Below, one piece after another: positions 26,616 to 39,042 of a DNA stretch of 64,000 bases. The translations under genes and the position numbers were made by a program. Positions within the stretch are counted from its first letter, which is position 1; every line of letters begins with the position of its first letter. The notes beneath the pieces were generated by a model. That model was given only the letters and a program-made list of their open reading frames with translations. It was not told the origin of the DNA and made no database searches. Source of the DNA: Octopus vulgaris (taxonomy: Eukaryota); assembly GCA_951406725.2 (NCBI GenBank), contig OX597817.1, positions 40,486,001 through 40,550,000 on the forward strand, written 5' to 3'.

Positions 26616-28066
26616 ACTCTGTCTCTGTCCAAGTAATCATACTCAGTTTTGCCAGCAAGGCGCTTTTTCGTATGCTTTCTCGTTCGGAAGAAGGGTAAGT
26701 GTATTTGATTCTTTCACTTCTCATGCAAGACCAATCCATTGAACACGTCTACGAAATCTCCTTGGGTTGCATTATTCAGTGTAGTCACAATATTCCATTC
26801 GGTAAATTTGGTCGCAGTTTTTTTAGTAATTGAGTAAGATCAGATGGTCTTAGTTGATCATACCAACTCAATATTTATTTCAGGCTGGTATTTATTTATC
26901 GACTTCGAAGTTTCAAATCGCTAAGTTACAAAACAAAATAAGAAGCAATAACACTTCTGCAGAGTTTCTTATTTCTTTATAGCCCACAAGGGGCTAAACA
27001 TAGAGGGGACAAACAAGGACAGACAAAGGGATTTAGTCGATTACATTGACCCCAGTGCGTAAATGGTACTTATTTAATCGACCCCGAAAGGATGAAAGGC
27101 AAAGTCGACCTCAGCGGAATTTGAACTAAGCATTTCGCCCGGCGTGCTAACGTTTCTGCCAGCTCGCCGCCTTATGCAGTTTCTGGACAGAAACTCTGCA
27201 GAAGTTTCTGTCCAGAAAATTTCACCTATATGTTATTAATGAATCCAAAGATATAGCAAAAGAGTCTTCACTAAGGTATTGTGGGATCGAACCTGGAAGC
27301 TTGTGATTGAGGCCGGCCTGGCCCTGTCGTTTACGACGACAAGTTTTCCAGTTGATTCGATCAATGGAACAACCTGCTCATGAAGTTATCGTGCAAATGA
27401 CTGGACACATTAAGCAAGAGCAAGAGCCAAGCCAATACTGATGGAGCAAAAGAATGAAGAAACAGTCTGCTTATAGATATAGATATTAAAGAAGTATGAA
27501 ATTTGAAATAATCACACTGGTATTAGTTCATGGCTTGGTGGTTAGGGATGTTGGATTCTTGATCGCATGATTATGATTTCGATTCTTGGACCGAGTGATG
27601 CGTTGTGTTCTTGAGCAAAATACTTCATTTCGTGTTGCTCCAATCCACACAGCTTGCAAAAATGATTAATCCTGCGGCAGAACGGCATCCTGTCTAAAGT
27701 CCAGAAGAGGTGATATATGCGCCACGGAAACCGGGAAACCGATCCTATGAGTCTATATGACCCGGGAAGGGTCTTAACAGAACTGTTACTGGAATTAGTA
27801 GCTGAATTTCTTGAACTGGAGACGAAAAAAAAAAATAATAAGGGAAAGGAACGTGCTCTAAATTAATGCAGGGAATAAAAAAGGTTTAATAAGTGATTAA
27901 AAGATTGCATTTCAGGTGGTCTGGAAATTATTCAATTCTTTAGCATTTTCTCTTGGTATCAGCTACCTTTTTGCGATTGCATGTCTCCTAAACACGAGAT
28001 GAATGCGCACATACATGGCATTCTTGCATCGATTCGTGACAATGATTTGACTCTTCGTTACACATA

Positions 28067-28500
28067 GGCGCAGGAGTGGCTGTGTGGTAAGTAGCTTGCT
28101 AACCAACCACATGGTTCCGGGTTCAGTCCCACTGCGTGGCATCTTGGGCAAGTGTCTACTGCTATAGCCCCGGGCCGACCAATGTCTTGTGAGTGGATTT
28201 GGTAGACGGAAACTGAAAGAAGCCTGTCGTATATATGTACATATGTATATATATATGTATGTGTTTGTGTGTCTGTGTTTTCCCCCTAGCATTGCTTGAC
28301 AACCGATGCTGGTGTGTTTACGTCCCCGTCACTTAGCGGTTCGGCAAAAGAGACCGATAGAATAAGTACTGGGCTTACAAAGAATAAGTCCCGGGGTCGA
28401 TTTGCTCGACTAAAGGCGGTGCTCCAGCATGACCGCAGTCAAATGACTGAAACAAGTAAAAGTGAGTAAAGTGAAAAGTGAGTAAAGTGAAAAGTGAGTA
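28067..28500 (+). mobile_element. tRNA-derived CORE-type SINE with internal microsatellite; copies at ~3450-3735(-), 18443-18755(+), 45947-46327(-), 48268-48642(+), 63184-63563(-)
   Basis: GGCGCAGGAGTGGCTGTGTGG head, B-box GGTTCAGTCCC, CTTGGGCAAGTG CORE-like segment, tail CTCCAGCATG...GACTGAAACAAGTAAAAG. Confidence 0.85.
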
Positions 28501-29000
28501 TGCCTAGATCGTCGTCATGCCTTTGAATTTCCCTCATTATGTCGACTGTTACATTCTGTAATCAAAAGAGCAGTTGTGTTAATTTGATACATCCATTTTT
28601 TTTTTGTGTGTGTGAAGGAAACAGTGAAATATATACATACATATGTACGTACGCACATACATACATACATACATACATAACATATTCTCAAGTGACTGTA
28701 AACATTATTACTGTTACACAATTAAATCTATATTTATTTAAACTTCATATTTTTCCAATAATTGTACTCATAAACGAACTATTTCTGTGTCTTTATGCTC
28801 CATCAATGTAGTGTAAATAAATAGTCAGTTCATTTTGCTATTTATAAATAATATATTCAAGATATTTCAAATTATTTTCTTCATTTTAAATCAGGCAGAG
28901 ATGGATCCATTTGTCTTCTCCTTCCTTTTTTTTTTTTTTTTTTTTTTCTCCCACTCTATCTTGTTTAGAATGAAAATAACTTTGAATATACTACTTATAA

Positions 29001-29223
29001 GGCGGAGAGCTGGCAGAAACGTTAGCACGCCGGGCGAAATGCGTAGCCGTATTTCGTCTGCCGTTACGTTCTGGGTTCAAATTCCGCCGAGGTCAACTTT
29101 GCTTTTCATCCTTTCGGGATCGATAAATTAAGTTACGCCCTGGGGTCGATGTAATCGACTTAATCCGTTTGTCTGTCCTTGCTTGTCCACTCTGTATTTA
29201 GCCCTTGTGGGTAGTAAAGAAAT
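29001..29223 (+). mobile_element. tRNA-derived SINE with a Meta-domain-like segment and 15-bp TSD; copies at ~26971-27171(-), 18755-18937(+), 53237-53470(+), 54019-54223(+) and many degraded ones
   Basis: GGCGGAGAGCTGGCAGAAACGTTAG head, GGTTCAAATTCC B-box, TTTCATCCTTTCGGG..CGATAAATTAAG; TSD ATATACTACTTATAA at 28986-29000 and 29224-29238. Confidence 0.88.
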
Positions 29224-29274
29224 ATATACTACTTATAATAAGGTAAAATAAATTTACTATATTTTAATCTACAT

Positions 29275-29597
29275 CAGTAGTTCTCAACCGGGGTCTATGC
29301 GAGCAAAGCGGTAAATCGGGGATCCACTGTAGTATTTTCAGGGTCCATGAACAATTTTTGCTTCAGATGTATTTATTGCAAGAAATAATTAGGTTTCTTT
29401 CTCTAACGCTTAACATAGTTGAATATGTTTCCAAAGAGTGATATTGTCAACTTACACAAATAAAAAAGTAAAATTAGAATTTTGACAAAGTATCTATACA
29501 ACTTTAATCTTCAAACATTGAATCTCTATGGGGCTCCATCGGAATAAAATAGGGATCAAAGGGATCCATTGATAAAAAAAATTGTTGAGAACCACTG
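29275..29597. mobile_element. hAT/Charlie-like MITE
   Basis: CAGTAGTTCTCAAC...GTTGAGAACCACTG termini; no clear TSD. Confidence 0.65.
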
Positions 29598-30049
29598 ATG
29601 AAGCTTACAGGTTCATACAGGCTTTACTGTGAACCAAACGAGAGGCTGCCTACATCAACATAGTTTCTTGCGACTCACCTATGGTGTTCAACAATCTTGT
29701 AAAGGATGTCAATAAGATGCTGAACTTATCTCCCAATAAAGATGTCTTCAATGGAGTATCACCCATCTATAACGATGCTTGTAGGTTTAAAAGCTGCATT
29801 ACTTACATGCTCAACTCTAAGACCCATAGGAGAAAACATCGCGATAAATATATCTGGTTTATCGCCTTTCTCACTTAATGTGAAAACTTGCGTGTGTAGA
29901 GCCTTCTATGGATTAGTGACACTGATATGTTACCACTGCATCGAGTTTGCGAGGTTGTTGATTGACATATATAGGTTCCAGGGTTGAGTCAAGTTTTGAC
30001 TGCTCTCTCTTTCTCTCTCTCTCTCTCTCCCTCTCTCTCTCTCTCCCTC

Positions 30050-30275
30050 TCTCTTCTCCTGTCTAACTACCTCTGTCCAGCCAGCCGCCATGATTGACTG
30101 CTAGCTCCGAAAGTTGTTTTCTTAATTCTCTCTGTTTATTTCCTCGTGTTCCTTTCTGTTGGAGATCGTAGGCTCGAAACGTAAAAGACTTTCTCGCCTT
30201 CAGGAGCGTTAAACTAATATATCTGTTTGTTGTTTATACACGTCTTCGTCTTTAGCTTTTCTGTAAATTTCAATT
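30050..30275 (+). mobile_element. Possible Penelope-like terminal-repeat remnant
   Basis: TTGGAGATCGTAGGCTCGAAACGT motif, resembling a degenerate minimal hammerhead core; no ORF. Confidence 0.35.
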
Positions 30276-30676
30276 ATACATATCTATAGGTCAGTTGCTT
30301 GTAGTTAGTCAGTTAACTTTGGTATTTGATTGTATATTTCGCCTATTCTCTCTTTCTTTGATATTGTATACAGTGACTCAGAAGATTAAATATTTCAAGG
30401 AGTGTTTCTGCAAAGTAGGCGTCTGAGAGGAGTAGTTGTAGTAGTAGCAGCAACAGCAATAGTCACAGTGACGGCAGCAGAAGTAGTAGTAGCAGCGGTA
30501 GCAATAAAAATAGTACTAATAAACTCTAAAGACACAAATTCTTTTCTTATTACAATAAATAAATAGAAGAAAAAGTAAAGAAATGTAATGGGACTTGTGT
30601 TTGTTTAAGTAGGCCATTGGCTATTTATTTACACAACTAATAGACTTTCGGTTAACAAGTATATTAATTGCTTTGT

Positions 30677-30723
<47 letters not shown>

Positions 30724-30774
30724 AGCTACGAAATTCGTACATTCTTTCGATTTCCTGTAATTGAGACCACGTCA

Positions 30775-30982
30775 TGGTCTCAGCTAACAAAATGGAAAAG
30801 GCGTTGCTACGGAGGATTGCAAGGGATATGCGCTGGAACAGCCACTCTGACTCACCGGGCTTGCACTTCCGGACAGCCATCTTCGCCCCGATAGCGGTGA
30901 GCAGGGATTTTGTCAGGGCCTGAGAACTCCGGAGGTCTCCACTGCCACAGGCTCGACCATAAACCTGTTAGAGAACGAATGA
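30775..30982 (-). mobile_element. CRE-like non-LTR retrotransposon, C-terminal RLE fragment
   Basis: NRFMVEPVAVETSGVL...SEWLFQRISLAILRSNAFSILLA (P-x-A-x-ET-x-G and QRISLAI motifs). Confidence 0.75.
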
Positions 30983-31039
30983 CAGGTGGTTAATAATAAC
31001 AATAATAATCCTTTTTGATATAGGCACAAAGCCTGAAAT

Positions 31040-31600
31040 TTGGAGGCAAATCGCACTTCAACTGTGCCAAATCGTCTTCCTCTACAGAAGAATTTTATGT
31101 CCTTAATTTCTTTTAGACATTGTTCTATGGCCTCCTTACTCGCCATCTCGATTTTTTTTACTTTTAACAGAGAGCGTTCTGTATACCACCATTTTACTAT
31201 CTTTTCATATCAATGATATCTTCAGACGGGGTTAGCTTCAGTCATGACCCTTCCCTCTGTATTAATTTATTGCTCTTCTTCAGTAGTTCCACATCCACCG
31301 TTACTCCCCAACTTCCAGCAGGTTAACAGCGGCTGTACCACTTCAATGGCTTGCTACAGAAGCGTATCTCCTGGCTCGAACCTGCACCACTTCCATAGTT
31401 TTTGCACTATTTTCGCCCCTAAATGGGGTAGAAAACAAAATACAAGGCAAACAGTACAACAATAAGTCAACAATTTCAAAAATTGGTAAACCCGTCAGGG
31501 AGAACCTTCAACAAAAGTTAACAAGACTTCTCTGAAACGGAATCACAAGAGATTTAACAGAGACTCGGGTGCGCACCTAACGGCGTGCCTTCACTGACTG
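31040..31600 (-). mobile_element. 5' part of an L1/Tx1-type ORF1 element (copy B, truncated)
   Basis: MASKEAIEQCLKEIKDIKFFCRGRRFGTVEVRFAS is homologous to copy A; cut off by a SINE remnant. Confidence 0.7.
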
Positions 31601-33085
31601 TTTTTCTTTATTTGGCACATAGATCATGATACAGAGGGGGACGGCACAAGGACAGGCAGAGCATCACAGTGGGGACAAAAAATATAAAACGAATGAATGA
31701 GAGATGGATAATAATTAAATGAGGATTTAATGGCTGCTTGAACCCCACTCTCAAGCAGTACCCTTTAACTGTTTTAATAAAAAGTTTTTATATAATTTTT
31801 TCCTTCTTTTTTCCCTTTTTTTTCCTTTTCGCACAGTATGTGTAGCCTTTAAAAAATTTTAAAAGCTTATTCACGCTTTACCATTTTATATACGGCAACA
31901 AGTCGTCGTAATCTATAACTGGTGGAAGGTCGTCAAACTCTACCCTCATTCATTCCCATTTGGTCCACCTTGTTTTGAAACCATTCCTTTAATTATTCGT
32001 ATCTCTCTTTGTCTATTACTATGGCTTTTGTACTTTCTGGATTATGTTCCATTGGTAATTTTACTCTTATCACCGATTTAAATTTGGTGATTTTCCTTTT
32101 TGTATCTGTGTTTTTTTGTATATGTTACAATATGCCATTTGCTTTTTTCCGTGTCTTTTGACTGTTCGTTCCTGTGGTGGAATTTGGTTGTCTGTGACGG
32201 TTTCCTTTTCTTTTTTCTTCGTTGTTGGTGCTATTGGAGGTTCATGTTGTGAAAAATGTGTACATTCTATTTCACTCTCCTTCTTTTTCTTTCTTGGACT
32301 CTTCGGAGGTGAGTTCACTTGCTCTTTTTTTTTCCTTTTGATTACCTCTGTAAATGGTTCTTCCACTTCTTCGTGGATTTTTCATTTTCTAGGTCCACCA
32401 CTTCGGCATTCTGCTCCTGTTAGCTTTTCTCGTTTTTGTTTTCTCTCTGGAGACACTTTTTCGCCGCATTGATAGCAATTTTGTGGCCTTCCTTCTATTA
32501 CCACTCTCAACCTTATGTCCACCGGTAGTAATATTTCTTCAGCAATTTCATTTAGATCTTGTTGTCCGAGCTGGACGACCATTTCTAGTCTGTATCCCCA
32601 CCAATTTACCTTCTTTGTCCGTGTCACCATTAGAATTCTTGCGCCTTTCTCAGTTTTGTGCATTACGGCTGCTACGAGTCACGCTTATTTGATTTCTGGT
32701 GGTACTCTACCTATTCTCACTCTGGCGGCCCTTTTGCCGCAGTAGGTAGATAGGAGTACCCATTTTCCTGTCTTCAGCGTCATAATGGAGTGATTTATTG
32801 CCTCCTGTTCGTTGGCAAATCGCACCTCCACTGTGCCGTATTTTCTGCCTCTTGTATAGAATGTTGTCAGTTTCTTGATTTCCTTCAGACATTCTTCAAT
32901 TGCTTCTTCTGTAGCTATCTCTATATTCTTTGTGGTTGTCGATAGAGTTCTGTAAACCACTATTCTTTTCTTGGTACTTGTTTTCACCTCTTGTGGAGGG
33001 GTCAGCTTTAAACTGGATCCCTCCTTCTGAATCAGTCTGTAGTGTTCCTTCAGCTTCTCTTCAATTCTTATTTCTCGCACTTGTA
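31601..33085 (-). mobile_element. ORF1-only (HAL1-like) L1/Tx1-type element (copy A)
   Basis: Broken ORF1 with RRM-like RGRKYGTVEVRF and knuckle-like VIEGRPQNCYQCGEK, a Lys-rich tail, a ~280-bp 3' UTR and AATAAAGAAAAA end; no EN/RT motifs seen. Confidence 0.65.
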
Positions 33086-33089
33086 GCGA

Positions 33090-34413
33090 ATCTCAAACCC
33101 CAAAAGATTCTACCAAGAACTTGGCAAAAATAAAATAGGGATCAATGCTGCACCAACAGCAGAAGTGGACAAATTTTGGAAAGAAATATGATCGGCGAAG
33201 ATCCAGAAAAGATCTATCAAAATAACAAACACAGCACCTGAACAACTCTAGACTCCTATAACAGGCACTGAAAAAACTAAGCAACTGGAAGGCACCTGGA
33301 CACGACAAGATCCCCAACTTCTGGTTAAAATATCTAACAGGAATACATAAAATGCTGGCTGAGAAATTTAATGAAATAGTTGCAGTCAAAAACAACGCCT
33401 GAATGGCTTACGGAAGGGAAAACTATCCTAATTCCCAAATCCACTGAAACAGAAAACCCACAAAATTACTGACCAATAGTATCGCAGAGAATGGACAAAC
33501 AACCTGTTTCCAGAAGAGCAGAAGGGATACTGCAATGGCTCATATGACTGTAAAGATTAGCCACTGATCAATAAAGCTATAACTGAAGACAGCCGCAGAA
33601 AGAAGGGTCTAAGTATGGCTTAGATCAATTACACTGGCCAACGAATTCTAACTTTTTTCTGCTGACCTAAGATTGAGACCTGTTTGGGGGTAATTTGGGG
33701 TCACTGAATTTTAAAATGACAATAGTTTTTATCTATTACATCTGGGGTTTTTTTCTTATGGGCTGGCCCATATTGGCCCCCACCCGTAGCTCCATGTTTG
33801 AAATGCTTGAATTTCCCTGACACTTTTTGTTATATATGTGTTTTTTTTTACAGTACCAAGTCAAAGAATGAACGTTAGTGACATTGTATTTTTTCATTGT
33901 CAACTCACTGTGTCTAATAGAAAGAAAAGAGTATTTCCCTTTCAGGATGAAGATTATTTTCAGAACATTTTCCCATTATGCACCGTTTTGGGTATTTATA
34001 CCCCGGAAGCCTCTAATATCCCGAAAATCACTTTATCCATTTACGCGAAACTTGTTTAATTCTGTTCGTATTAACATTTCAGGGTAAATTTAATTCATAG
34101 TATTTTCCCATTATGCACCAGTTTGGCTGAGTAGCATTGCAAGAAAGCAAGATTCAGTCTGACTTTTAATAGTATATAGATAAAACATTCCATGAATAAA
34201 TGGCTGACTGTGCTACAGCTCCTGACAAAAGAGGGACTCATAAAAACCAAAGCCATCTCCTTTAGAAGAGGAATATTCCAAGGAGACAAGCTCTCTCTAC
34301 TCCTGTTCTACTTGGCACTCATACCTTTATCTGACATGCTAAACAGAACCGGATGTGGATACAATTGTTACGGCAAAACGATCAGCTATCTCTTGTATAT
34401 GGATGATCACCGA
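33090..34413 (+). mobile_element. R4/Dong-like LINE RT fragment, interrupted by an unidentified insert (~33632-34135)
   Basis: SNPKRFYQEL...FWKEI, NWKAPGHDKIPNFWLK, FPEEQKG, RRGIFQGDKLSLLLF, LLYMDD; several stops and frameshifts. Confidence 0.8.
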
Positions 34414-35804
34414 TGAAAAGAGGGTTTGAACCAAAGAGATGTAAGTAAAGCGCCGCCTAGGGGTTTTAGGAGAGCTAGCTGCCGAATTTGGTTTGAAGCT
34501 GAGCGTTGTCTTTGTACCTTCAGAAAGGAACGAGGCAGACATTTTAACCAGGGTGAAAAAAGCCTGGTTGGCGGAGCCATAAGATTCGAAGCAGAGGATA
34601 GTAGGAGTGTGTCGGTTAAGTGACTCGGAACTAAGGAAACTGCATGCCATACATCATATGGGCGTGGATAGAACCCTGTGTCTTGCCAGGAGTATTGATT
34701 CCGACGTTACTAGACAGATCATTCAAAAGGTGGTCGGAAACTGTGATAGGTGTCAATCCATTGACCCTGCTCCGGTTGTGCATGAGCAGGGAAACATCTT
34801 GGTAGACCACAACTGGAGACGATTGACGGTGGATGTGACGCACTACCGGCAGGGGACATATCTCTTGATGGTTGACTGTGGGCTGGGTCGGATGGCCATT
34901 TGGAGGGAAATGAAAACGGGCATTGCAGACGTGACTGCACGTATCCTAAACAAGATATTCCTAGAACGGGGCCCTGTGGACGAATTGCTTATGGACAACG
35001 GCATTGTATTTCGTTCAGAGGTACTGAAGGAGATGCTTGATAAGTGGAACATACACCGTTTCTTCAGAGCAGTATACAGGCCGAGTGGAAATGGGATTGT
35101 GGAAAGACATCATCGAACGATCAAAGCCATGGCGGAGAGGGGGCACTTCTTGCCGCTGGAAGCAGTATTTAGGTACAATATGTCGTCCCGATCAGGACAG
35201 GCCGAAGAGTCCGTGCCACACAGAGTGATATTCAGAAATGAATGGCAGCATCCGAGTAAACCATTAGAATGCCCTGCGGAAGAGAGAGGACCCCCAAAGG
35301 TATGCTGCACATCTCGGTGGAACAGTGGTAGCTGTTAATTCCAAAAATAACGTTTCTGTGGAAGGAATGCTGCATCACGTCTTGGATTTTCGCAGAATTG
35401 TCGCTTCGTCGGACGACGGAGGTGGAGGAGAGAACGAGACTCTCTCCTTACGAAGACTACAGCGAGTTTTGACATGGAGTGAAGAGAAGAGGTGATCTTT
35501 GAAATCGGGGTGGGGGCGTGTAGGGATGAGATAAGCCTGAAGGAAAGGGCTGCAACGTCAACGGTCAAGGGGCCTGACCGGAATAGGAAGTGGGAGAGAA
35601 GAAGTGAGGGAAGCAAGACCAGGGTCGTCCTTTTTCGGTCTGGTGCAGTCGCCGTGAACGGACGTCAGTGAAGCGAGCTAACGGGATTGGTAGTAACAGC
35701 TGCTAACATTAGGTGCGAGGGATAGGGTACGTGTTTGGACTTAACACAGCTGGACGGCCAACAACGAGAGGTAGGTGAACCGTATCTTACTTCCTCGCAT
35801 TACA
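34410..35804 (+). mobile_element. Gypsy-type LTR retrotransposon 3' remnant (RNase H end, integrase, PPT, 3' LTR ~35519-35804)
   Basis: VFVPSERNEADILTR, then HHCC (HAIHHMG...CDRC) and DDE (VDV...MDNG...NGIVERHH) integrase; purine tract GGGGTGGGGGCG before TG...CA. Confidence 0.85.
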
Positions 35805-36065
35805 GTTCCCTTGTACCACAGCTGTCAATAGAAAAGATCCGCCATCTCCGTCAACTGGTCGTTGGGATCTTTTCTGTTGCTATCACAGTTGTTGCCAATT
35901 GCAGGTTATATAGAACATCAAAACCCTCGAGACACATCACAGTCATATGTAATTATTAAGAATACGAGGTCACGTGTTTATTCAAAAATATTGTATTTAT
36001 TCCAATAGTTGAATAATAAAAGAAATGAAATGTAATAACGTGATAATGTTTTCTCAAGGAAATTA

Positions 36066-36279
36066 GGCACTACTTAAGAAGAGTGGTCCCGACCACACGC
36101 ACCCGCACTAGTCAGTAGACGGACGCGCACGTCAGTGACACCCGCGATAAAAAAAAAACTCCACTTTTCTTTAATCGACTTTTGGGTAACATTTTATTTC
36201 AATTTCAAAATTTGCTTTATTTTCATTCATTCATTTAGCCGGTTGTTTGTTTTATTATATAGTTAATTAGTTAGTTAGT

Positions 36280-36327
<48 letters not shown>

Positions 36328-36436
36328 AATCCCCACCCACGTATAGTTTACACGTATTTATACAAGTGGAGTTTTTTTTATCGCGGGTGCCACTGACTAG
36401 CGCGGGTGCGCGTCGGGACCATTCTTCTTAAGTACC
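36066..36436. mobile_element. MITE with GC-rich inverted termini and 8-bp TSD (Merlin-like)
   Basis: TACTTAAGAAGAGTGGTCCCGAC... / ...GTCGGGACCATTCTTCTTAAGTACC; TSD GGAAATTA at 36058-36065 and 36437-36444. Confidence 0.82.
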
Positions 36437-36971
36437 GGAAATTATATTCATTTAACAATACTACTGGATGTGTGGTTAAGAAGCTCCCTTTGCAACCATA
36501 TGGTTCCAGGTTCAGTACCACTGCATTACACTATGGGCAAGTGTCTTCTACTATAGCTCTGGGCCGACTAATGCTTTGTGAGTGAATTTGATTGACAGAA
36601 ACTGCGTGGAAGCCCATCGTATACACACATACTCACACACGTCTATGCGTGTATCTTCGTATTTGTATCCCCCACCACTGTTTGACAACCAGTGCTGGTT
36701 TGTTGACGTCCCCGAAACTTCGCGGTTCAGTTAAAGAAATAAATAGAAAATTTAGAAAGAAAAACAAAAACCAAAAAAGTACTGGGGGCAATTTGTCGTT
36801 TAAAATTCTGAAACAAAGCAAAATAAAGATTAAAGAAATAATTTAAATACACTTAAGGAATTTATACGAAAGTAAATATGTATATATATATATATATATA
36901 TATACTAAGCAATAAAGGGTTTGGCAACGAATTGCCTTACCACATACCGAATTTACCGAATTTATTACGGA

Positions 36972-37041
<70 letters not shown>

Positions 37042-37108
37042 AATAATGAATACGAAACTAATTTATTCAATTAGCTCTTCATAAGCTACCGGCTCCAAAC
37101 AAACTCAC

Positions 37109-37174
37109 ATGGGTAAATGTGATAAAGGAATTCCGTTTAAAGAAAGCTTCCAAAGAATTAATTTTTTATATCAG
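37109..37174 (+). CDS. RPP21: RNase P protein subunit p21, exon 1
   Basis: MGKCDKGIPFKESFQRINFLYQ then |gtatgt; QRxNFLYQ is the RPP21 N-terminal motif. Confidence 0.9.
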
Positions 37175-37429
37175 GTATGTATAAAAGTTGTTATTGTTGT
37201 CGAATAATCACTCTTCTGTACAGAAACAAAAAGCAAGTTAACTGACATGTTTTATTTTTGCTTTCAAATTCCTTCCCGTTCGACAATAGCCTATAATATA
37301 TAAATGCTGAAGTTGTAAAATATCAAAAATATATTTTACGTGTTCAAACGTTATCTTATATATATCAGTACGCCGGTGTCCCTGTCCGGAGTGAAATTCT
37401 GTGTATACTGTCTAATTCTGATATAATAA

Positions 37430-37463
<34 letters not shown>

Positions 37464-38941
37464 GTAGGTAACGTGTGTATATGACATTTTTTGCTGTTTG
37501 AAGTTTTGAAACGGAGACAGTTTTATTTAGAAGTGTAAGCAAGGTTTAAGTAATGTGAAAATGAAAAGCAATAAGATATAAATTAGTGGATGATGTTATG
37601 TATAAGTATGAGTTATTTATGAAAAGCAGAGCACTTTAATTTAGTTACTTCCTCCTCGAAGACATTACAGTATCGGTTGTACATTTCCTAGTCTGTATGG
37701 TGTCGAATACGACAAGCCATAGGAAGCCGGGGTCTTATTGCTACTATTACAAGGATTCTGATGTTACAGGCTTTGTTATATTTCCAAAAACCTTCAGCTA
37801 TTATCCATGTACCCTGCAATGTTTTGTCTATATTTTCAAAGATGTAAACCATTCTGTCACTAAAAACTAGATATGAGGTATGCCCGTTAGAAGGCCTTTG
37901 TACTGATTCCTAATCTGAAACACTCTCCTGATAGTGTTTTTAGCTGAATACGAAAAGTGGTTCATAATACTGTTTCAGCTACGGACCTCCAAAACAGACA
38001 TTGAAATATAGATCTTGGATTTGAACCTTAGACTTTCGACACCCACTTACGAAAACAAGCGTTTACGAAACTTCCTGCTTTAACAGTGTCTTGCAGGTAA
38101 CTGAAACAGAGATTTCCTGAGTCTAGTTTTGGGGGTCCCCAAATGGAGGGCTGTTAACCCCCTTCCCATCATTATCTCTGCAATGGGTATTTACTTAGCT
38201 CCCTAAACTTCAATATCTGGAAAGAAACTGTAAAATCCCTTGTTGGTAATTTAAGATGCTGAACTCTAAATCACCAAATAGGTTTGGGCAAGAGCAAGCT
38301 GGGCTGACCAATGCCGTATGAGTGAATTTGGATGACAGAAACTGGAAGCCCCTCATATGCACATGCTCATGTATGTGTCTCTGTGCCTGCGTTTGTGTCC
38401 TCCACTGTCGCTTGACAACCAGTTATTACAGCCAGCTGCTTGGAGAGTCAGAAAATGTTCTCAGTATCCCAAGCATTTAAATTCTGAAATAGAATTGTTG
38501 TTGTTTGTTACAACTTAGATAAGCTAACTCTGAATCAAACTCTTAATTACAAAATACATTTATCTAAACAGACGTGTATAACATTTGCTTTTCTCTTTTG
38601 TAAAAAAGCCAGCCATATATATTTATATATGTATGTGTTCCCCTGTTTTGACATTGTTTAATAGTTGTAAACAAGTGTCACTTGCACACAAGGTGTGTCA
38701 TTCATTTGCACTATTCTGTGACATGTCTAGCTATGCTGAAATATTACCTTGCTTGGAAACAGGTGAGGCTTGGCTACAGCATATGTAGGAAATCTGCCTT
38801 GCCAAATTCAGTCTCCTCCATGCAAGCATAGAAAAATAGACGCTAAAAGAACAATGAAATATAGGCTGCTTATTCATTTATCAGAACCTGTAAGTATTGT
38901 TATCTTGTAATTTCTGTGTTTTTGTTGCTTTTTCTTTTCAG

Positions 38942-39042
38942 GCAGCCTACTTAACTCTGACGGTCAATCCACAAAACACTGGTCTTGTCCGTTTTTACAT
39001 CAACACACTGAAGACCATTGCACAGAGACAAGTTCTTAGACT
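38942..39042 (+). CDS. RPP21: RPP21 exon 2
   Basis: ttttcag| acceptor; AAYLTLTVNPQNTGLVRFYINTLKTIAQRQVLRL; donor ct|gttcgt. Confidence 0.88.

Noticed and set aside
28067-28140. tRNA genes at SINE heads (also ~8123 and 29001)
   Set aside because: A/B boxes are present but I could not fold a cloverleaf, and each continues into a SINE body and tail.
34607-35338. Domesticated host integrase gene
   Set aside because: Preceded by a broken RNase H remnant and followed by a PPT and LTR; a truncated Gypsy element explains it.
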